Of a stretch of DNA of 64,000 nt, positions 24,396-37,059 are shown one piece after another. The DNA comes from Octopus sinensis. Its lineage: Eukaryota. Position 1 is the first letter of the stretch. Each line of letters starts with the position of its first letter. The notes beneath the pieces are model-generated. The model saw only the letters and a program-made list of their open reading frames with translations, had not been told where the DNA came from and searched no databases. The position numbers were made by a program, and so were the translations under genes. The stretch spans positions 26,908,001 through 26,972,000 of the forward strand of contig NC_042999.1 in the NCBI RefSeq assembly GCF_006345805.1, written 5' to 3'.

Positions 24396-26959
24396 TATAT
24401 ATAAGTTTGTATGCATGTATGTATGTATATAACTAATACACCTCATGTGTCTTAAAAAGATATTTAGTATAGATTTCGATCACCAATTTTCCTTGCTATA
24501 TTATTATTCACTCTGGTATCATTTGGAACAATGGCTTGAAATTTGCATGATGCGTTTGTTAATAATGAATCGAATTCCACAATTTAAATATATGTACTCG
24601 AGTATCTGACATTCAACTTTTCTCAATATTTCATATTTTTTCTGTTTATTCTGAGTACATTGTGTTTTATCCGCCAAACTCTTACCTTCGAAGTATTACC
24701 TTTAATCGGCAGACAAAAACGCTATTAAATCGTGTAAACGTTATACTGATTTAGACTTGCAGTGTACATAATATTTCTATGTGGTCGATATTATAAACTC
24801 AATTGGAAAGCAGACATATCGAAGTAATTACGGTATTGTAAAGCTACCTTTGTAACATATGAATTTCAGAATTTCATTTGTTGATAGCGTTTACCCCATG
24901 AAATTCTGCTTTAAATGTGTAAAATATGGAAACCTTCACTACTTATATATTACAGAGTGAAATTTTTGTGGGCTACAACAAAAAGCAACTGATTAAATGA
25001 AAATACATGGTTTTATATGAGGCTTAATATCTCAAAAGACATGGCAGGAACATTCATAAACCAGGTTTCCATAATGAATATGTTTTATCTAAATATAGAG
25101 AGCTGCTCGATAAATTAGCAATGGCCTAATACCACGAGTTTTGCCACTACTTCTTAACTGTACATATAGATTGTGATATATATTTAAAAAATCAACATCA
25201 AGGACTCGCTATAATATAGTTAGAAAAAAAAATTATTTACTAATTCCACACCTATGCTTATGTTTTGCTCCTCACCACATTATATACGTTAGATATAGGA
25301 AAGTATTTTTCCTTCGTTCATAATTTGGTTGGGGATGTCCTTACTTCAGATCTTAGCACACGCATTTGCTATTTTAACGAAAATGATATGAATTCTACTA
25401 ATAATATGAATATTAAGAAAACTATTGCCAATAACATTCAGAGGATACGCAAAAAAGAGGTTTATCATGATTCTATAACTATATAGCAGAAAGAATATCT
25501 TTTGTTATAATGATATATAAATTATAGAAATACTACAAATATACAATCACTGAACAACGTTCCTGCCGTAACATAGGCTATTTATAGTTGAAATACTACG
25601 CATGAAGATAAAACCTCAAGACATATTTCATCGGAGTTCTACGATCCTCATTTTCTGTTAGAGAAACTTTGTGAGTGAAGGTGAGGAAATCAAATTTAGT
25701 CATAAATCTTACAATGTCATGGTAACTGAAGTGATTACGAAATTATATTACCTGAGGTCAGTGGCTTCATATAAAAATTATGTTCCAAGGGAAACCGGAA
25801 TTTATAGTTGTAAATTTGTTCTCCCTAAGATACTTTTACAACGATATCGTTGCTATTGTTTTTATTTAACCCCGTTGTAAATTCTAATTTACTACCGCTA
25901 TCATTGAATGGGTACCTGTCAAACTCAGCATCTCAGTTCTAATAGCTTTGAACACATTTATCAATCGTTAGATTGTTATATGAAAGAAGATTGGATTCAG
26001 TTTGCTGCAGATAGAGGAAAATATGAAGACGATTATTATTAAGTAGTCGGGAGATATCTGCAAGCAGTAAGTGAAGTTTTCACAAATTATACACAAATAC
26101 TTTTAAAATACGCAAGTCTCATTGGATAACCTAACTCATAGTGTAGAAAATATAATCTTATTGACAAAAATCACTTTTGGAATGTCAAAGAATGCTTCAG
26201 GACTGCGAGTCTTTTGTTGACAAGAGTGGACTTGTATTTCTAAATGCTTAGTTTTTCTTCTTGTGCAAATATAATGGTAATGGAGTGAAGATAGATACAT
26301 TTTAAAGCTTGGAGTAATTTTTGAAGTATACGTGAAATACTCTATTCTGCATCATGTCGGTAAATAGGTAAAAGTGTATGTATATATATATATATATATA
26401 TATGGGGGGGGGGTTATGTACGCATATGTATATTTGTATGTGCGTGTGTGTGAGCGTGTGTGAGTGTGTAGTAGGTTGAAAAGGAACACACGAGTTGATA
26501 TTTATGAGGAAAATAAGACAAGTTAGAAAATGCTAATATAATTATATCACGTTTTAGTACCAGTTTTAGTTTTCGTGACATTTTGAACTTGTGGAATAAT
26601 TAAATGAAATCTTGTTTAGAATATTTCCATAGTTTTCAAATACAAGGGACATTTTCTTTTGTCAATGTGTGTCTCTTCTTCTTTTGCTCTTCTGAAGGCT
26701 TGGTATTAGGTGGCACGTAGTAGCAGTCCTAAAAGTTCTTGGTTTTAATAGTTTAAGTGGCAGTAGCAGATGAAGGAGGTGGTGAGAGAAAGAAGAAGAA
26801 GAGGAAAAAGAAGAAGAGGAGTAGGAAAAGAAGAGAAAGAATAAGAAAAATACGGGAGTGGTATGACAGTATTAGGATATGGGTGGAATCCTCATGAAAT
26901 TATCAAGGGGTCTAAAGTGACCTGTTGTGGTTGTAATAGTAGTGATTGGAATTGTCCTT

Positions 26960-28040
26960 AATAAATTAATGAGAAGTCACTGTTCTGAATGTATCGTCTT
27001 TAATATTTGCGTGAGTTTTATTCTAAGGTCCTTGTAATAGTGCCATTTGTAATGGGCGCATTTAGAACGAGTTTATATTTTATGATAGAATATTACCCTT
27101 TGCTCATAGGCTGTATTGTCCCTGAATTTATAGAAGGGAAATATTCGGAATTTAGGTTGTTCGTTAGTGGTGCAAATGTCGATGTGTTCGCTGAATGCTA
27201 TTTTTCTATATTCTCGAATTTTTATCTGGGATCTATGTAGAGTCATCCTTTGACGCAGACTGGTTTTGGTTTGGCCTACGTATTGCTCTTGATACACAGA
27301 GCAAGTTAATGCATATATTAGGTTTTCCGAAGCACATGTGAAGTTGTTTTTCACTGTAAAACCTTGATCCATCCGGAAAGAGAACTGCGATCACTCAATT
27401 AGGTTGACACATATTCCACAGTTATGTCTTTCGCATTTTTTTCCTGACGGTTTCACAGACGTTGTAGAGTCTGCATGGGCTTGTGTTAGGAAAATTTTGA
27501 TAGATTTGGGTTGTCTTTTGCTTTTTATGACGGTGTGCGTCTGGAGGACTAAATTCATTCTATGGTCCCTTTTTAGTAGGGGCAAGTTCTGGAGGATGGT
27601 TTTGAAGGCTTCCTTGTTAAGGGGTTGTGTGTGGACATGTATGGCAGGGCTTTTGGTTGTAAATTCTTCTTCGGGTTGGGATGCCTGAGTTCGTAGATGT
27701 TGCATTGTAGGGCACGTTGAAAGACTGTATCAATTAGTGATGATGTGTAGTTCTTGTTAATGAGTGTATCCCTTAATGCATGTAGTCGCGTGTCCCTGGT
27801 ATCTGTATTAGAAATTATATTAAAATCTTTTTGCTAGGTTGAAGGGGATATTCATTCTGGTGTGTTTGTGGCGGCGTGAGTTGAACGGTTGATATTGCTT
27901 AGAGTCCTTGGTCTTATAGTATATATCAGTTTCTATTTTGCTCTTGGATTTTGTAATGCGGATGTCGAAGAATGGAAGTTGTTGATGGCTATATTCCATC
28001 GTAACTTGAATGTTTATGTGAAATCCATTTATAAGTGCTT
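26960..28040 (-). mobile_element. Penelope-like element, 5'-truncated (RT C-terminus plus GIY-YIG endonuclease), frameshifted
   Basis: LPFFDIRI...IETDIYYKTKDSKQY...IPFNLAKRF (RT thumb), KKCERHNCGIC linker, NLIYALTC...YVGQTKTSLRQRMTLHR (GIY-YIG). Confidence 0.92.
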
Positions 28041-28041
28041 G

Positions 28042-28625
28042 CCCTTTCATGGCAAATATTGGGTTAAACTAAATGAAATAGAGACAGCAACATCCCAACA
28101 ATGACTGAGAAAGCCGGGACTCAAAGCAAAGACTGATGGATTTTTAATTGCAGCACAGGATCAAAGCCTTCCTACCAGAAATCACCAAAAACATGTAATG
28201 AAAAGAAATACAAGTAACTGCAGAATATGTGAAAATGAAGAAACAAGAAATGATATTGTATCTAGCTGGACAGTCTGGGCTAAGAAGGCGTATGTTCATA
28301 GACAGAGTTGGGACTCATATACATTGGAATCTATGTTAACTCTATGGAATAACAACAAAAAGAGATGGCATAATCACACGTCAAAAAATGAAACTGAAAA
28401 TGAGGAAGAAACCATAATTATGGAATGTGCCAATAGATAGAAAACCTAAGACCTATAGGCCGTATATAGTTCTCAGAAATCACCAAGAAAAATGTTAGTT
28501 TTCTAATTTATGTATCAATGTCAACAGATGACAATGTTTTTCTAAAAGTAACAGAGAAATATACAAGATATAAACATCTGGAAATAGATGTAACTCGAAT
28601 GTGAAGCCTAAAAACAGAAACACTT
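28042..28625 (+). mobile_element. R4/Dong-type LINE 3' fragment, degraded
   Basis: HGKYW...GLKAKTDGFLIAAQDQSLPTRN...CRICENEETRNDIVSS; homologous to ORF 29907-30719. Confidence 0.88.
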
Positions 28626-28879
28626 TCTATCATAGTAGGCGTGTAAGTTATGATTTAAAAACAACAAAACATTCAAACAAATACATAGCAAAAACATCAT
28701 AACTAAGAAGTATGTATAACATGCAGAAAATAGCACCACTATGTACCGCATACAGCCTACGTAAAACACTTTCAATGCAGTAAAAATAAAAGCTCCCCAA
28801 CGAACCACAGCATATAACAAAAGCAGACAGATCTGCGCACAGTAGTGGAGAGAAAGCACGTGATAAAAAGAAGTCTACT

Positions 28880-28892
28880 GAACAACAACAGC

Positions 28893-28986
<94 letters not shown>
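28880..28986. repeat. (AAC)n then (AAT)n microsatellite
   Basis: Trinucleotide run. Confidence 0.95.
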
Positions 28987-28987
<1 letters not shown>

Positions 28988-29667
28988 GGTTTCACCATGT
29001 TATTCACAAATATTAAGTCATTACGCTTGGAAAACAATTCGGCATTAATCCAGAAACTTTTGGATTGAGCATCTTCCAATAATGCACATTGCATTTTCAC
29101 ATATTTTATTTTTTTAAATTGTGCAAGTTATCGTTGCTACGAACTTTTAAACAAGGAAACGAAATATTGCTTAAATCACACTCCAGCAAAATAATAAAAT
29201 AGATTATTAGCATCCATGATCTTTGGATAGTAACAGATGGATTGTTTTAACAATAAATTTGTTAGATTAGAATTGATATAGGACTAAAACATAGCAACAA
29301 TCCCTTTTAGTAATATCCTGTAATTTTATTTTAGCAAACTAGCATTTCGATGACTAAATGGTTTAACTTATTACGTCATCTTGTTTCCTTTATCAATACA
29401 AAGGATTTCATTTCATATTTATATGACAGTTTATACTGATAACATCAATGGAATAATGAACTATCGCAATACTGGCATACATAAATAATTAAATCAACCA
29501 ATGACATTCATTTATCAGCTTCGTTTACATACAAATCTTACACTAACAACTCGATTTCTGGTTTTGTAAACTTTGATATTTTCCAATACAATTGATTCTA
29601 CGATTTGCCAAAAGTGAAGCGCAGTAGAAAAACGGATTATGTCGTCAAATTTCTCATCTTCATGAAA

Positions 29668-29794
29668 ACTACTACTACTACTAATACTACTACTACTACT
29701 ACTACCACCACCACAACCACCACTAATATTACTACTACTAATAATAATAATAATGATGATAATAATAATAATAATGATGATAATAATAATGATG

Positions 29795-29864
<70 letters not shown>
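29668..29864. repeat. Compound (ACT/ACC)n then (AAT/GAT)n microsatellite
   Basis: Trinucleotide arrays ending in TAA directly before the LINE. Confidence 0.95.
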
Positions 29865-30937
29865 GAGATAGACATACAAGAAACAAGCACAGAAAAAGCT
29901 AGGCGCATGAAAACCCGTGCCAAAACTGCGGCCTTAGATATTCTGAATAATAAATGGCAAGAAAAACCTCTCTATGGCAAATACCCAAAGAGAGCGAATA
30001 ATGCAGATATCGACAAAGCCCTGACCCATCAATGGCTAATGGCCTCTGGCTTAAAATCTGAAACAGAGGGGTTTATCATAGCAGCTCAAGATCAATGCCT
30101 ACCAACAAGAAACTACCAGGCCAACATATTAAAGATCAGAAGCAGTCCAACGTGTCGTGTATGCAAGCAACAAAATGAAACCATTGACCATGTGGTCTCC
30201 AAGTGCAGTCTTCTAGCGCCTACAGAGTATCTCAACAGGCACGATAGAGCTGCACAATATATTCACTGGGTAATCTGTAAAAACCTGGATTTGCCCCATG
30301 AAAAAAACTGGTGGGAACACAAACCACACCCAGTGCTTGAAAATGACCACATCTCACTCCTCTGGAACTTCACCATTCAAACTGACAGGAAGATAGATGC
30401 AAATAGGCCAGACATCATATTGAAAGACTTCAAACAAAGAACATGCCTCCTCATTGATATGACTGTCCCAATCGATATAAACGTATCTGTCAGGACCTAC
30501 CAAAAACTGAGCAAATATAAAGATCTTGAAATAGAAATCAGCAAAATGTGGAAGCTGAAGACTAAAACAATACCTGTTGTCATAGGTGCCCTGGGAATGA
30601 TAGCAAAAGGGGCTGATAGCTACCTAACTCAGATACCAGGAAACCCAAAAATGGCAGAAGTTCAAAAGATAGTGCTCATGGGAACTGCTCATATCCTACG
30701 CAAAATACTCTCTATGTAACCTCAAGGTTTAAAACAACCATAATTTTCGGTTTAAAAAAAAAAAAAAAAAAAAACTTTTTTTTTTTTAGACATTCATTAG
30801 TACAACATCCCCACCCCCCAAATATATGGCACACTAGGCATAACAACAACATGAACTTCCAACCCTGTTGTCTCTTGAGGTCTCTGGGTGAGACTTGGAG
30901 CCAACTTGTACAAATATAAAGCAAAAGTCAAACATAG
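29865..30937 (+). mobile_element. Young 5'-truncated R4/Dong-type LINE (RLE clade) with 3' UTR
   Basis: Begins right after (TAA)n, ends AAAGTCAAACATAG before (AAT)n; reading frame open from 29865 to the stop at 30719. Confidence 0.92.
29907..30719 (+). CDS. LINE ORF C-terminus: CCHC zinc knuckle plus restriction-like endonuclease
   Basis: 270 aa without stops; CRVC...ETIDHVVSKC, NRHD, RPDIILKD...LIDMTVP, KLSKY, PVVIGALG motifs. The Met is internal, so this is a truncated element ORF. Confidence 0.88.
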   Translation: MKTRAKTAALDILNNKWQEKPLYGKYPKRANNADIDKALTHQWLMASGLKSETEGFIIAAQDQCLPTRNYQANILKIRSSPTCRVCKQQNETIDHVVSKCSLLAPTEYLNRHDRAAQYIHWVICKNLDLPHEKNWWEHKPHPVLENDHISLLWNFTIQTDRKIDANRPDIILKDFKQRTCLLIDMTVPIDINVSVRTYQKLSKYKDLEIEISKMWKLKTKTIPVVIGALGMIAKGADSYLTQIPGNPKMAEVQKIVLMGTAHILRKILSM

Positions 30938-30954
30938 AATAATAATAATAATAA

Positions 30955-31565
30955 GGGTTGGGAACGCAAACCACCTCCAGTGCTTGAAAATGACCGCATC
31001 TCACTCCTCTGGAACTTCACCATTCAAACTGACAGAGAAATAGATGCAAATAGGCAAGACATATTGAAAGACTTCAGACAAAGAACCTTCAGACAAAGAC
31101 AATGCCTCCTCATTGACATGGCTGTCCCAATTGATATAAACATATCTGTCAAGACCTACCAAAAGCAGAGCAAATATGAAGATATTGAAATAGAAATCAG
31201 CAAATTAAGGAACCTGAAGACTAAAACAATACCTGTTGTCATAGGTGTCCTGGGAATGATAGTAAAAAGGGCTGATTGCTAGCTATCTCAGATACCAGGA
31301 AACTCAAAAATGGCAGAAATTCAAAAGATAGTGTTCATGGGAACTGCTCATATCCTACGCAAAATACTTTCTATGTAATCTCAAGTCTCAAAACAAACAG
31401 AATTTTCGTATCGTTTTTAGACATTCACCAGTACAACACTAAGTACAAAACCAAATATATGGCATACTAGGCATAACAACAACATGAACTTCCAGATTGT
31501 TGTCTCTTGAGGTCTCAGGGTGGTACTTGGAGCCAACTTGTATGAATGTAAAGCAAGAGTTAAAC

Positions 31566-31569
<4 letters not shown>
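30955..31569 (+). mobile_element. Second, more decayed copy of the same R4/Dong LINE 3' end
   Basis: Collinear with about 30310-30937 but with frameshifts and a stop; same 3' UTR; followed by (AAT)n. Confidence 0.92.
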
Positions 31570-31637
<68 letters not shown>

Positions 31638-31657
31638 CAGCAACAACAACAACAACA
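31568..31657. repeat. (AAT)n then (AAC)n microsatellite
   Basis: Trinucleotide run. Confidence 0.95.
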
Positions 31658-31659
31658 GA

Positions 31660-31790
31660 AACAAGCCATTAGAACACATCTAATCAAGGCTAAAACCATG
31701 ACAACTCAGACAGCAAATGTACAATGTGTAGAAATCAAGGCGAGAATATCAATCACATTTTGAGTAATTGAAGTATCCTTGTCCAAAAGC
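31660..31790 (+). mobile_element. Small R4/Dong LINE zinc-knuckle fragment
   Basis: Reads as DSKCTMCRNQGENINHILSN (C-x2-C...H knuckle). Confidence 0.65.
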
Positions 31791-31807
31791 AGTATAAATG
31801 CAAATTT

Positions 31808-32130
31808 GACCGGAGTGAAGGTGAGTGGTTTAGTATTTGATGTATTCGGCTCACCATCGTAAGCCTATGAGTTCGCGTTTGAATATACGTTTTGTGCTTG
31901 AACAAGGAATTTATTTCAAGTTGCTCCATTCCACTTATGTGGCAATAATGAGTAGTACCTGTCTTTCAAATGGTCAACCTTGTCACACTCCGTGTCACGT
32001 TGAATCTGCTTGAGAGCAATATCAGTGCACAAGTGTCTGTGGAGTACTCAACTATTTACACATTAATTTACTTAGTAGGTTCTTCCATTTATCGGATCAA
32101 CAGGAGCCCACCTCATAACTGACGAAATGC
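31808..32130 (+). mobile_element. Old SINE with a different head and a family-B tail
   Basis: 31955-32130 aligns to the 3' half of family B (GTACCTGT..TTTCAAA...GTGTCACG...GTGTCTGTGGAGT...CGGATCAAC); the 5' part does not match the family B head. Confidence 0.7.
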
Positions 32131-32586
32131 CACTAGCTAGTGGCTATTAGTAGCTACGAATGTTTGTGTCTGGCTTCAAAACCGCAGAAAAGTGTTATGA
32201 ATACGAATAATAGGCTTTGATAAAAATGAGAATTATAAGTCCTACAATTTCTTATAATACTTATTTTCTATCACAGCATCTGATTCGTGTTCATACCACA
32301 TTTTGTTGCTGGTTTGACACTACACACAAACATCTCTAGCTACTGATAAGATCTTGTTGGACTTAGTTATAAAAGAGATACTCTCTCAAAACGAGAAGAT
32401 ATCGAAAATTGAAATAGATCATTTAAAATTAAAAAAAAATACATCGCATAAACGCAAATAATGCCCATAGAGAACTTAGCAATAACATAAGTAGTGAAGG
32501 TGTAAACCACAAAGATAAGTATAACACCTGCAATGAAGACGAAATAAGTAACGAAATAGAACACCCAGAAAACCTATGAATGCACA

Positions 32587-32997
32587 CTCTCTCTCTTTTA
32601 CTTGTTTCAGTCATCTGACTGCGGCCATGCTGGAGCACCGCCTTTACTCGAGCAAATCGACCCCGGGACTTATTCTTTGTAATCCCAGTACTTATTCTAT
32701 CGGTCTCTTTTGCCGAACCGCTAAGTGACGGGGACGTAAACACACCACCATCGGTTGTCAAGCAATGCTAGGGGGACAAACACAGACACACAAACACACA
32801 CACGCATACATATATACATATACATATATACGACAGGCTTCTTTCAGTTTCCGTCTACCAAATCCACTCACAAAGCATTGGTCAGCCCGGGGCTATAGCA
32901 GAAGACACTTGCCCAAGATGCCACGCAGTGGGACTGAACCTGGAACCATGTGGTTGGTTAGCAAGCTACTTACCACACAGCCACTCCTGCGTCTATG
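32587..32997 (-). mobile_element. SINE family C, full length
   Basis: Minus strand: tRNA-like head GCAGGAGTGGCTGTGTGGTAAG...GGTTCAGTCCC, CORE-like TTGGGCAAGTGTCTT, central TA/TG microsatellite, tail GACTGAAACAAGTAAAAGAG. Confidence 0.92.
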
Positions 32998-32999
32998 TT

Positions 33000-35370
33000 G
33001 ACTAAATACACAAAATCCAAACAACATGAATATAAACGGGAAACAACGTGGAACAAACCTATATAAACTGGTAACAATGAATTCCGAAACCACACTAAAA
33101 AAATTGAGCATAATCAAGGAATTAAAAACCAAGGAGAAAACATTTATGGGCCACCGACTGTGCCTCTAAGACTAAATAAGACAGCAATGAAAATGTAAAA
33201 CGTAAATTTGGTCGTTACACACTTAATCGCAACGTAAGTAACTGACAATATAACAAGGTTAAATGACATAATATATGCAGCAGCCAATGTAGTTACAAAG
33301 GAAACGAAATACTCCTTGAAATAGATCGAAATAGGAATGTCACAACCTAAACAAATGATGTGGAAAATTAATATCCAGAAGAAGATTTGTCATTCTTTAA
33401 TAATTTTAGTAATCGAAGGACTCTACTAAAGAACAAGGAATATAGGCTAATGCTACAGAAATATTAAATAACAAAGCAAGATATAGTTGAGACGCAAGAA
33501 CATCTAAAGCAAGATATCCTCGCTAAAGGACAAAGTATACCTCGGTATGAAAAACGCCGACGATTATTTAAACAAAATAAACAGTTTAACTCCAGCCTCA
33601 AACGGTACTACCCCGAACTTGGATAAAATAAGATCAATGCAGCACCAGCAACATGAGAAATTTTTTTAATTTTAGAAAGAAGTATGGGCGGGGAAGATAG
33701 TACATCAGAAAAAATAAAACAAGATACATAACACATGGACAAATATAGACAGCTATAACAGAAGAGGTAACACAGGTAGTCCCAAAATTAAACAATTGGA
33801 AAGCACCGGAGAAAAAGATTTCCAATTTCTGGCTAAAGTATTTAACTGGGATACTCGGTGCTGGCAGAGACGTTCAATGGATGCTAACGGCTCTATAGAC
33901 AACACCGGAATGGCTTACAGAAAGGGAAAAACTACCCTAATTCCTAAATCCACTGGAACTCTTAGTTCAAAACTACAAATGCACAAATGCATAACATCTC
34001 CCTACACCCTACAATGCGCTGTTTTAATATCACAGAGAATGAACAGACATTTAGAAGAAAGCAGCACGTTACCAGAAGAGCAGAAGGGATGCTACGACGA
34101 CTCATATCGCTGTAAAGAGTAATTATTGATCAACAAAGTCATAACTGAAGACATTCAAAAGATATGTTCTGAAGCAAAGTAACACCAAATATATAGTGCG
34201 TGTGTTTTTATTGGCTAAACTGGCAAAATGACCATTCCTAAATACAGCAATATCTGTTTCAACACACGATTTCACATGAAAAACCTTGCACAAAAATATA
34301 TAAACCTTCTAAGAATGGCTTTGATTAAATACCGGAAGCTTTTGATAGTATTCCGCACACATATATTATAGAAACACTAGCAGCCTGAACAAGGTGGCAC
34401 CAAGATAAATACTAAATCCATCTCCATTAGAATAAATATTTCAAAGATGCTCTCTCTACTCCTTTTCTCTCTTGCACTGACGCCTTTGACTTAAATGCTA
34501 AACAGAACTGAATGTGGATACAACTGATATGATATATCAGCCATCTCTTTTATATAGATCAACCATTTCTTGTATATGGATATTCTCAGAAAGTATGCTG
34601 CAAATGATAAACAACTAGAAGCATTACTACTGATATTCCATGGATTTATCAAAGGAATGAATATGAATTTCGATTTAGAAAAATGTGCCGAAGCTTCATT
34701 GAAAAGACGAAAACTAGTTAAGGATATCACACTGGATAAAGGAGAGGAAATAAGAAAACTATTCGAGACCCACGCATAGAAATATTTAGGAATCAATGAG
34801 CTTGATGATGTACGACACACAAAGGAAAATGGATATAAGGAAGAAAATTATAGACGAGTTAGATTAGTACCTAGCAGATAGATCTTTGTCATATATAAGA
34901 ATGTTTATCAAAACTCAAACAGTATTCTTATTTGGACAGTAAATGATCTAGCAAAAGTAAACTGGTAAAGACGAAAAATGAGGATGGGATTTGGAATACA
35001 CCATTCAAAATCTGACATAGAAATGTTATATACACAATGAATTGAAGGTGGTAGAGGCCGAATAAAATTAGAAAATTACTATATAATATTCAGAATGGGA
35101 ATACAGAAATATGTCAGACTGAACCAAGGAAACCTGCTATAAATAGCCACAAGGAATAAGCAAAACAAAAAGCTGTTCTCCGTTTTCAAAGAAGCCAAGA
35201 ATATAGGAAGAAGAGGTGGTCATAATAACGGACAAATACGAAGAAAATGAGCTAACAAGAAAAGCCGTAAGGGAACTAGAATCGAAGCTTAAAACTGCCG
35301 CAACACAATACTATGGTAAAACGATGGCAAGAAAACCTAACATGGCAAATACTGGGATCAGCTAAATTAA
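33000..35370 (+). mobile_element. Decayed R4/Dong-type LINE, reverse transcriptase region
   Basis: AFDSIPH (about 34339), NHFLYMDI (YMDD site, about 34562), MNFDLEKCA, KYLGI, HSKSDIEMLY...EGGRG, ending at HGKYW; many stops. Confidence 0.88.
34181..34258. mobile_element. Half copy of the 42786-42961 MITE within the LINE remnant
   Basis: AACACCAAATATATAGTGCGTGTGTTTTTATTGGCTAAACTGGCAAAATGAC is shared with about 42889-42940. Confidence 0.85.
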
Positions 35371-36645
35371 GTATGTTTAGAGAGCATACCGACCGTTACA
35401 AATATATATATAACATACAGAAGATGACACAGCTATGCATTGTTCACATTCTATGTCAAACACATGCTTTACAGTAAGAACGATAACACCAAAACTACCC
35501 ACATCACATATTCAAGCCACACAGAACTGCGCTCGTAAGCGTAATGAAAGCATGTGATTGAAAGAAAACTATTGGGTTATATTGTGTTGAATAAAATGTT
35601 TCGCCATATTTTAGCAAATTATTTGATTAATTCATCAAGTTACATCAAAAGCAGCTTAGCATTCAAAGTTGCAGCCATCGTTTTGCACCGTCAGAGGCCA
35701 CCTTTCTGCTTGATATCTGATCCCAGACTCATACCGATTCTTGGCCTTCGTTTGGTTCATGAATCGTCTTGAGCACAGAAAGTGGGCGAGCTACGGATCG
35801 GCAAATGTCTCACGGTTCATGGATTACTTTGACTGCTACAGTTACTTGCTCTCGCTGTCACTGTCCAGCCTACAGTTCTATGACTGGGAATTTCTGGAAT
35901 ATATTACCCAAAGTATGTCATCAATGATTTGTGTATAGTTCTTTTGACACTTTAGCATCACAATGTGGATATAGTTATTTCCACCCTTCCATTATTTCTC
36001 GCTGATAATTTAATTTAATAATAATCATTTCCTGTCTTTCTCTTATGATTTTTAGGGATCTAAAATAATTCCCCGGCGCTGTTCTACTCTAACCAATCAC
36101 TTAATCACTTGAAAGACATCATAAGTGACACTCGTTAAAGTGGACAACGGTGATTTTGATAGAAATACATAAAGACATATACAGTTTCACTGGAATACTC
36201 TCCATCTCGTTATCGGTTGACTTTGACTCAGAATAATGTGATGTACTTTGATTCCGAGTACATCACATTAACTCTGAATATATTAGTTGACACACGTTAA
36301 ATTGCAAATTACTTGGACTCTCTCTGGCAGATAATCTTGTTATCGATCACCTTTCCAATTGCCATGATGTCTAATTTAACTACTGCGGTGCAAATTAAAA
36401 CCAAGAATGAAAATAATAATATGAATGAAAATAATATTAAATATGAATAATATGAATAATAATGAAAATAAGAATGAAAATAATAATAAAATCAATAATG
36501 AAAATAATATTTCTATTTGTAAATATAAATATAATCGTAATATAAAATGTGTTCATCGAGAATGCTTGTGTTGTACAGGTATGGGAAAAAATTTAGAAGA
36601 TGAATGCTAATTAAACCAATTCTTGGTAATGAGTTTATAACCTTA

Positions 36646-37029
36646 CTAGCAGTATTGCCCGGCGTTGCTCAGGTTTGTAAGGGAAATAACTATAAAGCAT
36701 TTTTAGAGAGTTATAGCCAAAAAACAGCAAAAAAATGGAAAAAAATTATGGTAAATTTTTTTTGATAGTTAAAAAAGGTGGAGTTGCGTCCCCTACACAG
36801 TTTGTGGTTTGTATTCCTGATTCTCGACCCCATGTCGAATTTATCGATTTTTTTCAGAACTGGAGGAACTTTTCAAACTTTTCGCTGCGTTAGTTTTTAA
36901 TTATGACATTGGGCTATGTGTGTGTCAAGTTTCATCAGAATCGGTTGAAAGCCGTGGTCAGGGTGAGGGTACAAGCAAACAGACACACAGAAACACGCAC
37001 AGACAAACTGCCGTTTATATATAGAGAGA
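36646..37029 (-). mobile_element. Non-autonomous Helitron, 384 bp
   Basis: A|TC 5' end and hairpin-CTAG|T 3' end; the 3' approximately 70 bp is nearly identical to 8669-8739, the remainder is unrelated. Confidence 0.78.
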
Positions 37030-37059
37030 TTTAAATTGGCAACGAAAAAAAAAAGACAG

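Noticed and set aside
25907-26041. Short ORF MGTCQTQHLSSNSFEHIYQSLDCYMKEDWIQFAADRGKYEDDYY
   Set aside because: 44 codons is within chance expectation and no family motif is present.
36962-36976. 15-bp match GGTGAGGGTACAAGC between Helitron 2 and the SINE C copy near 6612
   Set aside because: Too short, and adjacent to CA-rich low-complexity sequence, to infer capture.
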